In this document: piece by piece, positions 1 to 9,662 of the stretch
Numbering within the stretch: position 1 is the first letter of the stretch
How the letters are laid out: every line of letters begins with the position of its first letter
NCBI GenBank assembly: GCA_048881705.1
Contig: JBHLSH010000029.1
Span: 1-39,736, forward strand
Origin: Candidatus Heimdallarchaeota archaeon
GTDB taxonomy: Archaea; Asgardarchaeota; Heimdallarchaeia; Hodarchaeales; Hodarchaeaceae
Direction of reading: 5' to 3'
DNA length: 39,736 nt
The notes under the pieces: model-generated
Told to the model about the DNA's origin: nothing
Seen by the model: only the letters and a program-made list of their open reading frames with translations
Database searches by the model: none
Program-made: the position numbers and the translations under genes

Positions 1-2022
1 CCCAACGAAGTTGATAGTCTATTAAGTGAGATAAATGATTTTCTTTACCTTAGGAGCAGTGAAATCGCAACAGATCCAGATGATAGGGTATTTTTCACGG
101 ACGCGATCAAAGCGATCGAGGAATGCGGTTCTCCCTCTGAAATTGGTGATTTCCTAGGCTCTGATGATCGCGAACCATCCCAGATAGAATCAGAATTTCT
201 AAAATCACGAGATTTTTCGAATTTTCCCCAAGATAAGTCCCAATCACCCGAATCAATAATCTCAGAGGATTCTGGCATTCAAACCAGCTCGGGTTACGCA
301 ATACCCTCACAACAAGCTTCTTTTGAAGATTTCTTCCAGCCATATACGCGTTTCAAGACGTTTGGATTTTATCGTCTTCTCACTCTAGTAATCGCCCTAA
401 TGTTCACGGTAACACTTTTGTTTGACGGTTATTATCCTTGGTCTGAATACGTTTCAGGTGTGGCACTCAACCTCCTGTTTGTTGCGGCCCCCATCATATT
501 CTTCTGGGAAGGAGTTCTCATACACCGATGGAAAAATGCCCTTGCAATAAGAGGTATGGATCGGAGACAAGATGATGAAATAGTGTTATTGTTTCTCCGC
601 CTAAATATGACTGCGATATTGTTTAAGATATCATTGTTTATTAGCTATTTCCACTTTTGGGCGGTCCCTGTATATCTAATTCTAATTATGACTTTAGAGC
701 GACAATTTCAATCCAATTTCTGGCGAATTAAATTGTCTCCTTGGATTTCATCTTTGGTAGGGCAGATATCTACAATTCAAGGGACATTTTCAGGAGTAGG
801 TTCATCAGAGCGCTTTTACCAGTTAAGAAAACAGACTTCACGGGAAGGATGGGTGGTAAATGGGTTAATGATTTCTGTATTTATTGTGGATTTTCTCGGT
901 CTGCTCTTTGTATCGTTTTCAACTCCAATGCAATTCTATTACCAGGTGTTTGGATTAAGGGTTTTCATGATTGGCATTTGCGTCTTTCTAGCAGTAATAA
1001 CTCTTGGATTGGATAGATATGGACAGATAGTCTTGGATTCCAGCTGGAGGATAACAACTTGGGATAGAAACATCATGATCTGGGGAATACGTTTCCTTCT
1101 GCTAAGGTTATTTGTAACGTTGCCTTGGGATTCATTCTCAAATTACTTCTTGCTATCGCTGATTATTGCTGAAATCTTTGCTGAGACATATGGAGGCACC
1201 CTAATCCGAACCTTACTAATAGCAATTTTGACACGATTGGCTATCGGTGCGCGAGAGAGTCCTCAGAAAAATCTCGTTGAATCCACAAACACGCATCCCA
1301 TCTCTAGAAGGACTGTGGATCAAGTTTATCTTGGCGACATGGCTGAAAATAGCCAAGAAGAAGGCCGTCATGCTCTTTCCTCAATTCCAAAAGTAAAACC
1401 TAGATTTGAGAGGGATATGCCCGTAGTTGATCAGTCAGAAAAAAAGAAATCACCTATTGTAGGATTTATCTATAAACTAAAACATATTTTAAACCCAATA
1501 GTACTTACGTTGTTTTTCCTGATCGTTTCTTTCTATGAGGTTATCCTCGCAGCAATCATTCTGGTGACCAGCTTCGCCCCTGATGGAACGTACTATGTAG
1601 GGCCGTATGATTTCAATGTTCGGTGGTGGATTATACGAATAGACTATTTACAGATAGCAAGATTCCCTATATGGATTTGGCATGGCCTTCTCTTGTTAGG
1701 AATTCAGTTGACATTCTTAGTGATTCTAGATTTTTATTCTCTTTCACGAAAAAGAGCAGAAGGAATTACAGTCAAAACGGGTAGAATTTTTAGTAGAATT
1801 TGGATGATAATAGCATTATTAGGGATTGTATACCGAATAAACTTTGGCTCTTCCGATCCATATACAATTCCACAAGGATTAATAGTTGTTGGCTTGTTGA
1901 TATTTTCTGAAATCACTGCATGGCGGAATCGCGTTGAGCATAGAAAAATCGCTCAAGAATTACAATCTATTCCTCGTAATCAAAACTCTCAACAAAGTGA
2001 TATTATCATACCGTCCAGGTAA
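1..2022 (+). CDS. Polytopic membrane protein, 5'-truncated, with an N-terminal HAAS-like helical domain
   Basis: Frame 1 has no stop from base 1 to the ORF-track start at 400, so the gene begins before the window. The extra N-terminal part reads PNEVDSLLSEINDFLYLRSSEI...AIKAIEECGSPSEIG, resembling the HAAS pattern (helix...GxPxxI). Two blocks of hydrophobic helices follow, separated by a polar linker. Confidence 0.7.
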   Translation, partial: PNEVDSLLSEINDFLYLRSSEIATDPDDRVFFTDAIKAIEECGSPSEIGDFLGSDDREPSQIESEFLKSRDFSNFPQDKSQSPESIISEDSGIQTSSGYAIPSQQASFEDFFQPYTRFKTFGFYRLLTLVIALMFTVTLLFDGYYPWSEYVSGVALNLLFVAAPIIFFWEGVLIHRWKNALAIRGMDRRQDDEIVLLFLRLNMTAILFKISLFISYFHFWAVPVYLILIMTLERQFQSNFWRIKLSPWISSLVGQISTIQGTFSGVGSSERFYQLRKQTSREGWVVNGLMISVFIVDFLGLLFVSFSTPMQFYYQVFGLRVFMIGICVFLAVITLGLDRYGQIVLDSSWRITTWDRNIMIWGIRFLLLRLFVTLPWDSFSNYFLLSLIIAEIFAETYGGTLIRTLLIAILTRLAIGARESPQKNLVESTNTHPISRRTVDQVYLGDMAENSQEEGRHALSSIPKVKPRFERDMPVVDQSEKKKSPIVGFIYKLKHILNPIVLTLFFLIVSFYEVILAAIILVTSFAPDGTYYVGPYDFNVRWWIIRIDYLQIARFPIWIWHGLLLLGIQLTFLVILDFYSLSRKRAEGITVKTGRIFSRIWMIIALLGIVYRINFGSSDPYTIPQGLIVVGLLIFSEITAWRNRVEHRKIAQELQSIPRNQNSQQSDIIIPSR

Positions 2023-2073
2023 ATCAGGGTGGGTGATAGATCACACCCGTCAAGAATCACACACGCTAGTCTT

Positions 2074-2892
2074 TCATCTCAACTCAGTCAATATTTCCGT
2101 AATTGTCTTCCAAAAGGTTCCTGGATTCTCTAAGTGCATAAAATGTCCAGTACCTGGGACATAATATAATGGTAACCCCGACTCTTTAACAAGTTCCTCC
2201 GAGGTGAAACGACCTCGATTTTTTTCGCCAAATACAAATACTGTCCGGACTTTGGTCGCCTGAATTCGCGAAAAAAGGGTTCCCTCTTTTGATACAGATG
2301 CTAAATCGCGACTGGACGCCCATAATACAAAAGGACCAACAACCTGCATATTTGCAGGATCTAATGGCGGATATTTTTTTAGAAAGTCATTGAATCCGAC
2401 CTCGAATTCCGAAAGAGTATATTTTGCTATTTTTGAAGACACAAATGCATCATTGTAGTCTAAGTTACCTTCCACATAAAGAAGGAGCAGGGGAATCCCT
2501 GGAAATGATCTGTATAATAGGAGTTCCAGTAATGAAACAGCAATAGGACCCCCCATAGAATGAGCCATGATCACAAGCTTTGAAATATCTACATTTTCCC
2601 TTAGAAGTAGACGTTCGAGATTGGCGGCTTGTTGATCCATTCTATAGGCCTGAAAATCTCGTGGTTTTGAGGAGGTTCCGTACCCCATTAGATCAGGAAC
2701 CAACCACCTATATTGGGCTAGATCAAAATCTTCATATTGACCTAAAAGCCATCTCTTATTTTGTCCAAGCCCATGTATGAAAAGAATAGTAATATCACTA
2801 CTTCTGGGTAGATCGGTTTTCGTCTTTTCAGTCAGGTAATACGAGAGAGACCCACCTCTAGTTTTTAGTGATTTCTCTTTAATAGCTGACAT
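2074..2892 (-). CDS. Alpha/beta hydrolase fold enzyme
   Basis: FIHGLG oxyanion motif, PDLMGYGTS, nucleophile elbow AHSMGG and catalytic His in GTGHFMHLE. Confidence 0.92.
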   Translation of the reverse strand: MSAIKEKSLKTRGGSLSYYLTEKTKTDLPRSSDITILFIHGLGQNKRWLLGQYEDFDLAQYRWLVPDLMGYGTSSKPRDFQAYRMDQQAANLERLLLRENVDISKLVIMAHSMGGPIAVSLLELLLYRSFPGIPLLLLYVEGNLDYNDAFVSSKIAKYTLSEFEVGFNDFLKKYPPLDPANMQVVGPFVLWASSRDLASVSKEGTLFSRIQATKVRTVFVFGEKNRGRFTSEELVKESGLPLYYVPGTGHFMHLENPGTFWKTITEILTELR

Positions 2893-3207
2893 GCGGCGCC
2901 GCAGCCAAATTAGCCACAGTGTATTTAAATCCTACCCAAGGGGACTTACATTAAGTTGGAATTAATAATGACGAGTCATAATATGAATTTTTACGTTCCT
3001 CTTTTTGCACTCGTCACCGTGATTTTCTAATCTCATGTGGAGATTTGCCAGAAATTCCAACTGATCGTTCCTGCTCGTCATTTTGCTGTCAAATCTTCAA
3101 TAACAACACTTTGCTGTAACAGAGCTATCAATTGTAGCTATCCCCCAGTTTTTTTAGGTTTTATAAGATAATTTGGTGATCAAGAATGTTAGGTAAGAGC
3201 GAACGAT

Positions 3208-4467
3208 GTGAATGTCATGTCTGATCTTAGGAAAAACCATCAACGGAGTCATGACTTCACCTCAAATCAAATTCAGAGGAACATACGTATCTTCGAAATT
3301 ACTGGAATTGATTTCACAGTTCTGTTGGTTCCTGTGATTGTTCTGGTATGGACGGATGCTAATCTCGCGTTTCATGAGATGCTCTTGCTCCAAGGAATCT
3401 TTGCCCTCCCTATATTGCTATTGGAGGTGTTTAGTGGATCTATTGCAGATTATTGGAGTCGAAAGAATAGTGTAACGCTCTTTCACGTTCTCTTCGGACT
3501 TGGGATATTTCTATATGCTATCGGGGACAATTTCCTGATGTTTGCACTAGCAGAACTACTTGCTGGTATCGGTGTCACGTTTCAAACGGGAAGCGCTACC
3601 GCTCTGCTATATGACTCCCTTAAAGTTAATCATTCTGACCCAAACGGAGTTTTCGGAAAACTGGTTGCGAAAAGGATGACTATAATGTTCTTTTTCAGTG
3701 CCTTTGGCGCAATTGCAAGCGGTTTTATTGGATCTTTCTTCATGATCCGCCTCCCCATCTATTTGGCTGTTCTGGGGCACTTCTTCTTTGCAGGATTGGT
3801 AGTCTGGGGCTACACGGAACCTCCACGGCTGAAACCCTCCACTCCAAAGGCAGCAATTTCCACAGCGATCACCTCGTTGAAAAAGACTAGCCTGCAACCA
3901 ATTGTGCTTTTCTGGTTGTTATATATGGTGTTTGGGCGCGTTGGATTCTGGGCAGTCCAACACATACTGATAGAGGAATTTCTAATTGATGCGTTCGCAA
4001 TGGGCCTACTTCTAGCGCTATGGAACAGTATAGCTGCGCTAAGTTCGCTTTTTGTACGTTCTCGAGTTGAAGAGCTCACCAATGGGACTGTATTCACGCT
4101 TGTGCTGGCAATAGAAACAGGATATCTTTCAGTACTGATCTTTCAGCCAATAGGCCTTGGAGGAATACTGCTAGCAAGCTGTCTTACCCAAATAACACGC
4201 GGTATACGCATGCCATTAATCCAATCGGTTGTGCAGCAAAATCTACAGTCCGAAGAACGGGCAACCTTCAGTTCCCTAATGTCGTTTCTTGGCTCTTCCC
4301 TATATTTCAGCTTCAGTGTGATAAATGATGCGATTGGGCTGTCCCGTACTCTGACGCTTTGGAGTGGTTTCGCATGCAGTGCAATATTGGTACTTTGTTT
4401 CGTAATGTTGACGGCTAGAAATAATCAAAAGACCAAAGCATCTCATCCTGAGCCCTCTTTGGGATAA
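3208..4467 (+). CDS. MFS transporter
   Basis: About 12 hydrophobic segments, motif-A-like GSIADYWSRK, EERATFSS in the C-terminal half. The start may be a few codons downstream. Confidence 0.88.
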   Translation: MNVMSDLRKNHQRSHDFTSNQIQRNIRIFEITGIDFTVLLVPVIVLVWTDANLAFHEMLLLQGIFALPILLLEVFSGSIADYWSRKNSVTLFHVLFGLGIFLYAIGDNFLMFALAELLAGIGVTFQTGSATALLYDSLKVNHSDPNGVFGKLVAKRMTIMFFFSAFGAIASGFIGSFFMIRLPIYLAVLGHFFFAGLVVWGYTEPPRLKPSTPKAAISTAITSLKKTSLQPIVLFWLLYMVFGRVGFWAVQHILIEEFLIDAFAMGLLLALWNSIAALSSLFVRSRVEELTNGTVFTLVLAIETGYLSVLIFQPIGLGGILLASCLTQITRGIRMPLIQSVVQQNLQSEERATFSSLMSFLGSSLYFSFSVINDAIGLSRTLTLWSGFACSAILVLCFVMLTARNNQKTKASHPEPSLG

Positions 4468-4560
4468 TAGACGCCCTTCACTTTCTCCACCCCCTTTTCC
4501 TTTTTTACATTCATCCCCAAATGGGATAGAACTAGAATCCAAGATAGCAATACGCGGAAT

Positions 4561-4800
4561 TTATAGTCCAAGTTCCTTTTTGATAAGTGTCTTAAGAATT
4601 TCTTTTTGGATTTTCTGCTGGTTTGGAATGTTTTTGTCACCGAGAATCTTCTTACCCGCCTCAAGAACTTGTTGACGTGCGATATCCTTTACACCTGTTT
4701 CGTCAATAACTTCTTTCACCGCTACATTCAGCGTAGTACGCAATGCTTCTTTTGCTGTTCCTTTTACGGCCCCTTTTGCTAGATCTCCGATTTTTTTCAT
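4561..4800 (-). CDS. Small Lys-rich helical hypothetical protein (79 aa)
   Basis: ATG start, fills an otherwise empty gap, protein-like amphipathic composition; AGGAG-like sequence just upstream on the minus strand. Confidence 0.65.
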   Translation of the reverse strand: MKKIGDLAKGAVKGTAKEALRTTLNVAVKEVIDETGVKDIARQQVLEAGKKILGDKNIPNQQKIQKEILKTLIKKELGL

Positions 4801-4958
4801 TTTCCATTTCTCCTACATAACACGGAATGTCTTTATTATTCTAGTTTTGATTTTTCGTATTTGAGGTTTGCCATCGGCGCCCTGGGTGCAAATTTGATGA
4901 ATCTGGATCCCTTCTCGTCCGAACTCTCGGCACCAAGGAATGAAAAACGATCCGAGTT

Positions 4959-5492
4959 TTAAATATACGTAAGTTCGCTATCACGATGACGGAGAAGAAT
5001 ATATTCAGGATTATAAACATCCTCGGGAGAGGGTACGTATCTATCTTCATGGAAGCCATAAGGAAAGAGGGCATTAAGCCCCTGGACAACCAAACGGCCA
5101 ACTGGGTGACGAGTATCGAACATAGCAAGGGATATCGAACGGGTCAATTGCCTAGTTTTAGACTCGTTATATACCCCTGTTGCGTGAATGTATTCATGTA
5201 AGAGAAGATGGAAAAGGTAGGCCTTGTAAAAATCGTCAGGAGATTCATCCTTCATCACTCGTAAGGCAGATTTGTTTAGATAGATTTCGTTCGTCCCGAC
5301 TTTGTGGAATCCGCCCACAAACCGCCCCCGGTCATAACCTAATTCCAGAAGTCCTAACATAATTCCTGCTCTAGATTTTTTTAGAACGGTACCAACAATG
5401 TCGGATACCAATCTGAATAGACTTGAATAATCGTTAGAGGAAAGATCATCGTATCTAGTTCGAAAGATTAGGAGCTCTTGCTCGAATTTCAT
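4959..5492 (-). CDS. Small zincin-like (HEXXH) putative metallopeptidase
   Basis: HLLLHEYIHATG motif preceded by GGFHKVGTNEIYLN, the strand pattern typical of minimal zincins. Confidence 0.7.
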   Translation of the reverse strand: MKFEQELLIFRTRYDDLSSNDYSSLFRLVSDIVGTVLKKSRAGIMLGLLELGYDRGRFVGGFHKVGTNEIYLNKSALRVMKDESPDDFYKAYLFHLLLHEYIHATGVYNESKTRQLTRSISLAMFDTRHPVGRLVVQGLNALFPYGFHEDRYVPSPEDVYNPEYILLRHRDSELTYI

Positions 5493-5510
5493 TGGTTATC
5501 CCATGAAATA

Positions 5511-5524
5511 GGAGTAATTACTCC
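5511..5524. promoter_or_regulatory. Perfect 14-bp palindrome, candidate operator
   Basis: GGAGTAATTACTCC is its own reverse complement and lies 18 bp upstream of the ATG at 5492. Confidence 0.35.
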
Positions 5525-5722
5525 CTTATTAATGACTATGTTTCGGGAATCGCTTCTGTCAAGGAAGTTACATAAAATAGCCTAGTTCGGTACCTGTCTA
5601 ATCAGATTATTGCCAGCCACAAGTCAAATTTGAAAAAACGTCTCCGTATGTTCAGGTGATCCCCCCCATTCAAAAAAAGGTGAAAAACTGGAGGTTATAC
5701 TCGGTATGTCAGCTCTGTCCTT

Positions 5723-6247
5723 TTAGGAATCCCGCCACAACAGGTACATGAAAAACGTGGTAAATCCCCCTCCTATAAGGCCACCAAAGAAACCAACATC
5801 TAGCCACCAATCATCTGCTTCCTCGATTGTATAGATCAGAATGGCTAGAATACCTCCAAGCAAGCTAACAACAAACGCAACTCCAGATAGTACCAAACCA
5901 TAAAACAAAAGTTGTTTTGTTGGAGAATAATCCGGATTCATTAGCTTATAGCCCGAAATTGCTGCACAATAGAAGAGACCTCCAGCAAGAATCAAAAACA
6001 CCGGAAGTAATAATAGGGACATTGGATTACCTAGGTTCTCCAGAAGTGACGGAAAACCAACATATTCCCAGACTTGCACTCCACCTCCTCCCCAATACGC
6101 ACCTGAAAAATCATCTATGAGGAATAAAAGTCCACCGAGAACTCCAGTTATGACGATTAATCCGTAGAGATTCCTTTTCTCCTCTAGAACGTTTTGTAAG
6201 CTCATAGACCGAGTTGAATGATCATTTTTAATAAATCTTCTCATCAT
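5723..6247 (-). CDS. Hypothetical membrane protein with about 4 TM helices
   Basis: Four Gly-rich hydrophobic segments in 174 aa. Confidence 0.75.
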   Translation of the reverse strand: MMRRFIKNDHSTRSMSLQNVLEEKRNLYGLIVITGVLGGLLFLIDDFSGAYWGGGGVQVWEYVGFPSLLENLGNPMSLLLLPVFLILAGGLFYCAAISGYKLMNPDYSPTKQLLFYGLVLSGVAFVVSLLGGILAILIYTIEEADDWWLDVGFFGGLIGGGFTTFFMYLLWRDS

Positions 6248-6695
6248 AAACCATAATGAAGGATCATTTGTTTCGTTGTAAAAGCGATATAGACGGGTTT
6301 TGGATATAAAATCGTGGAGGAAGGTTCCTCGCGTACAATTCTTAAATTGGTACCATTATGGTTTTGGAGGATGACACATTAAGCATGACCACAGCGCCGT
6401 TTGAGCGTCATAATTGAACAGTCCTGTTCTATCGATGTAGAAAAAGGTTGGAAAATATAGTTTACAAAGTTAGCATCTTCTGTACCTGCATCGACCTCAT
6501 AGGTCTCTTTAACTGCCCCCACAGCGGCTACCACGGAAGGAGGGGTTATCAAGGAGGTCCTCACTGTTACTGCAGATAGGCCGGTGTTCAACCATTTAGA
6601 CCTTTCTCGTGTTTTCGTTTTGAAAGTCCGATCATGGGGATACTAGGACCTTTCATGCTCTTTTCCGCAGGTCCTCCGTTTTTCTGACGCTAATC

Positions 6696-8312
6696 TTAGT
6701 TAACCTTTTCATAGATTGCTCCTTTAGCATGTGGAGTAAATTCCGCAGTTACTGAACCCCAATTTTTGATTACTCCTGCCGTTGCAGATTTGTCTCGAAG
6801 ATATTCTATGTTCTTAAGGTGTGAATTTTGAAGATAATCGATTGCCAGCACGGAAACGCTCACAATGCTCGCCCCCAGCAATAGGAAAAATAAACCCACA
6901 GTCCACAAAATCAAAAGCGCGAGGCCGTAAATGTCAAGGGTGAACCCGGCTACCTGGATTTCTGCCCCGGTCGTTTCGGGCCTGAAATCCTCTGTGACCT
7001 CAACTGCCAATGCCCCCAATGATAAGATACCAGAAAATCCTATAATGATGCCCAAACCGTCTCTCAGGATTTTTCCCAGTGGTTTTACGGCGATTATATC
7101 GCCTTGTTCGCTTGTTACCACTCGTTTTACACCTCCATCGTTGAAGGCCCAAATACGCGGAAAATACGGAAGGAAAAGCAGTAATACGACAGGTGTGACT
7201 AATGGGGTGAGAACTAGTGCAACCCGTTGGTCTTCACCAGGAAAATTCTGTACAAAAAACACTGCGAGAATTGAGGCTAACGCCGTCGGGAAAACCAATA
7301 CATCGTACCATCGTTGTTTGTAAAGCTCTTTTATGGTTGATCGAAGGCCAGACAGATCTATGACGTTCACAAACCTTTCTTCAACAAAAAAATCGCCTTG
7401 AAAATCGAAAATAGGTATATAACTGACTAATCTCCCCAATTTGCCATTCAAGAGTTTAAGCATATAGTATGTGACTCTCTTACCTCCAATCAGCCTTGAA
7501 ATCCTCGTAAGCATGAGAATAAACGCGGTAATTATGCCAATCCCACCTCCGATTGCAACCGCATATAGGAAATTCTGAGCTATAAAGATGAAATGGTCTC
7601 CAAGATTGAACCAGATGGATCGAGCGATGTCTTGAAACCATAAGCTAATTCCCCCCTCTTGAAATTGGAAATAGGTGCCTATGACTTTCCTTTCTGTAAT
7701 ATCTTTCGTTTCCGCTGTCGTATTGAACTTCCATTTTATGATCTCATATTTGTTTCCAATAAAAGGCTCGAGTCTCAGAACTCTGTCGTGGACATCAAAC
7801 CAGAGGCTCCACTGCGGTGTTTTAACGGTTACTCTCGTACCATTCCAATATTCAAAGGCGAGGTCCTGTTCTTCAATGTAATAAGAAACGGTCCCATTAC
7901 GATGGTATTCTTGGATCCAGTGTATTTCTTGTGGTTCATAGAATTTCGTTTCACCACCTAGAACAGTTACCGCCAAACTATCCTCCTCAAATGTTATTGT
8001 AACATCAACATAAAGTTCCCCAGATGTTGGATCCAAGAAGGTTAGCGACTCAAGTGGACCCAAATCCCGGCGAAGATTTATGGCTGCGGGAGTAACTACC
8101 GAATAGAATCCAGGGCTATCTGGAAGGATCTCTGCTGTAGCGATAAAGGCTGCTCCCAGAATGGCAAAAAGGGCTGAGAATATCCATATAATGATGAAAA
8201 AGACAAGTTTTGTTTTCCTTGACATTGCAGTTAATCGATATACCATCTCATTGACCTTCTTCTCTTCACTAGCGACAATATTCGCTAAAATAATAGAATA
8301 GGTATAATTCAC
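6696..8312 (-). CDS. Hypothetical membrane protein with a large extracytoplasmic domain
   Basis: N-terminal TM, about 170-aa beta-rich region containing NGT, NGT and NTT sequons, then several TM helices. The true start is probably a downstream Met (MVYRL or MSRKTK). Confidence 0.8.
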   Translation of the reverse strand: MNYTYSIILANIVASEEKKVNEMVYRLTAMSRKTKLVFFIIIWIFSALFAILGAAFIATAEILPDSPGFYSVVTPAAINLRRDLGPLESLTFLDPTSGELYVDVTITFEEDSLAVTVLGGETKFYEPQEIHWIQEYHRNGTVSYYIEEQDLAFEYWNGTRVTVKTPQWSLWFDVHDRVLRLEPFIGNKYEIIKWKFNTTAETKDITERKVIGTYFQFQEGGISLWFQDIARSIWFNLGDHFIFIAQNFLYAVAIGGGIGIITAFILMLTRISRLIGGKRVTYYMLKLLNGKLGRLVSYIPIFDFQGDFFVEERFVNVIDLSGLRSTIKELYKQRWYDVLVFPTALASILAVFFVQNFPGEDQRVALVLTPLVTPVVLLLFLPYFPRIWAFNDGGVKRVVTSEQGDIIAVKPLGKILRDGLGIIIGFSGILSLGALAVEVTEDFRPETTGAEIQVAGFTLDIYGLALLILWTVGLFFLLLGASIVSVSVLAIDYLQNSHLKNIEYLRDKSATAGVIKNWGSVTAEFTPHAKGAIYEKVN

Positions 8313-8374
8313 GATATTGGATTTTTTAACCTATGCTTAAGATACTAGAAAAGAAATCCCTTCGTCTAATCCTG

Positions 8375-9493
8375 TTAATTAAAAAACCTCTCTAGTGAGG
8401 TTTGTCCAGCACTACTCTTTAGAGAAGAGACCTTTACTCCAATAAGCCGAACAGGTTTTGTAAATACCGCACCAGGTTCGGAAGTGAATTCCGAAAGTAA
8501 ATTCAGGGCAGTATCGTTGATTGTTTTCTCATCTGCAATGTGTGTTCTTAGGGAATGACTCCGCGTATAAGTCTGAAATCCCTGGAACCTAATTTTGATA
8601 GAAATTGTCTTTGATACTAGCTTCCTGTCTGTTAAACGCCTTGATAGATTTGTTGTTATCTGAGCGACCTTCTCCCTGATAATATTCCAGTCATTTTGAT
8701 CTGTTCCGAAAGTACGTTCAGAGCTTATAGATTTGCGTTGTACTCTGGAATTGCCGACCTCTTTGAAATTTTTTCCTTCCACGACTTTTTTCAGGTACAA
8801 TCCCCATTCTCCAATCAGAAGAAAAGCCCTCTCGCGCGATAGTCCCGCTATATCACCGATACTTCTTAATCCTTTATTGTGTAGGTGTACCTCGGTCTTT
8901 TTTCCTACGCCAACGATTTTTCGTACAGGGAGATGATATAATCTTCGAGGGATTTTGGAATTCGGAATTAAGGTAATTCCCCCAGGCTTATCAAGATCAG
9001 ACGCAATTTTAGCAATGGATTTGGATTCTGCGACACCTAAAGAGGCTGAAAGGCCAACTTCCTCCCTAATGGTTGTTTGTATTTGTTCGGCGATATCACG
9101 AGGGGATACTCCAAAATCACGCCAAATCCCGGTTACATCAAGGTAAGCTTCGTCCATGCCTGCATATTGAAAAATCGATGAGAATTCACGAACGATGTCC
9201 ATTACTTTTTCTGATTCCGTCGCGTATTCCGGGAAAGAAATCTGTTCCCGAGAGCAGATATATACTCCATCTGGGCATAACTGATATGCTTTTGATATTG
9301 GCATTCCAGAGTGCAGCCCAAAACTTCGTGCTTCATATGAGCAGGTCGAAATGACTCCGCGTCCTGCTCCGCCCCGAGGATCCGACCCTATGATGACAGG
9401 TCGCCCCATCAAAAAGGGGTTGTATTTAATATGCACCGCTGCAAAAAAGCAGTCTAAATCGATGTGAATTATTACATGACTCCAATCCTTCAT
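8375..9493 (-). CDS. dinB: DNA polymerase IV (Y family)
   Basis: HIDLDCFFAAV, CSYEARSFGLHSGMP, MDEAYLD, SKSIAKIASDLDKPGG, little-finger RLIGV, C-terminal PIP box QTSLERFF. Confidence 0.97.
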   Translation of the reverse strand: MKDWSHVIIHIDLDCFFAAVHIKYNPFLMGRPVIIGSDPRGGAGRGVISTCSYEARSFGLHSGMPISKAYQLCPDGVYICSREQISFPEYATESEKVMDIVREFSSIFQYAGMDEAYLDVTGIWRDFGVSPRDIAEQIQTTIREEVGLSASLGVAESKSIAKIASDLDKPGGITLIPNSKIPRRLYHLPVRKIVGVGKKTEVHLHNKGLRSIGDIAGLSRERAFLLIGEWGLYLKKVVEGKNFKEVGNSRVQRKSISSERTFGTDQNDWNIIREKVAQITTNLSRRLTDRKLVSKTISIKIRFQGFQTYTRSHSLRTHIADEKTINDTALNLLSEFTSEPGAVFTKPVRLIGVKVSSLKSSAGQTSLERFFN

Positions 9494-9662
9494 GTAACTT
9501 CAAAAATCATGTAACTCCTGGTAAATAAAAAGCCTTGGTTTACCTAATTCCAAACTTAACTACTCCTGGAATGGTGAGTTACAAATTTTTCCAACTAATT
9601 AGGCTGGGAGAGAAATTTCCGTGTATGAGAATCTCAATCCTAAACAATTAAGGTAATTAAGA

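Noticed and set aside
6316-6480. RNase P RNA, suggested by GAGGAAGGTTCC on + and ACAGAAGATGCT on -
   Set aside because: The two conserved-region look-alikes are on opposite strands and cannot form the P4 helix.
6510-6545. Cobalamin riboswitch, suggested by AACTGCCCCC and CCACGGAAGG
   Set aside because: The upstream GGGAA/GGTG..TCC core is absent and there is no downstream gene on that strand.
6379-6591. 70-aa minus-strand ORF
   Set aside because: TTG start, no recognisable motifs; treated as non-coding, though not excluded.
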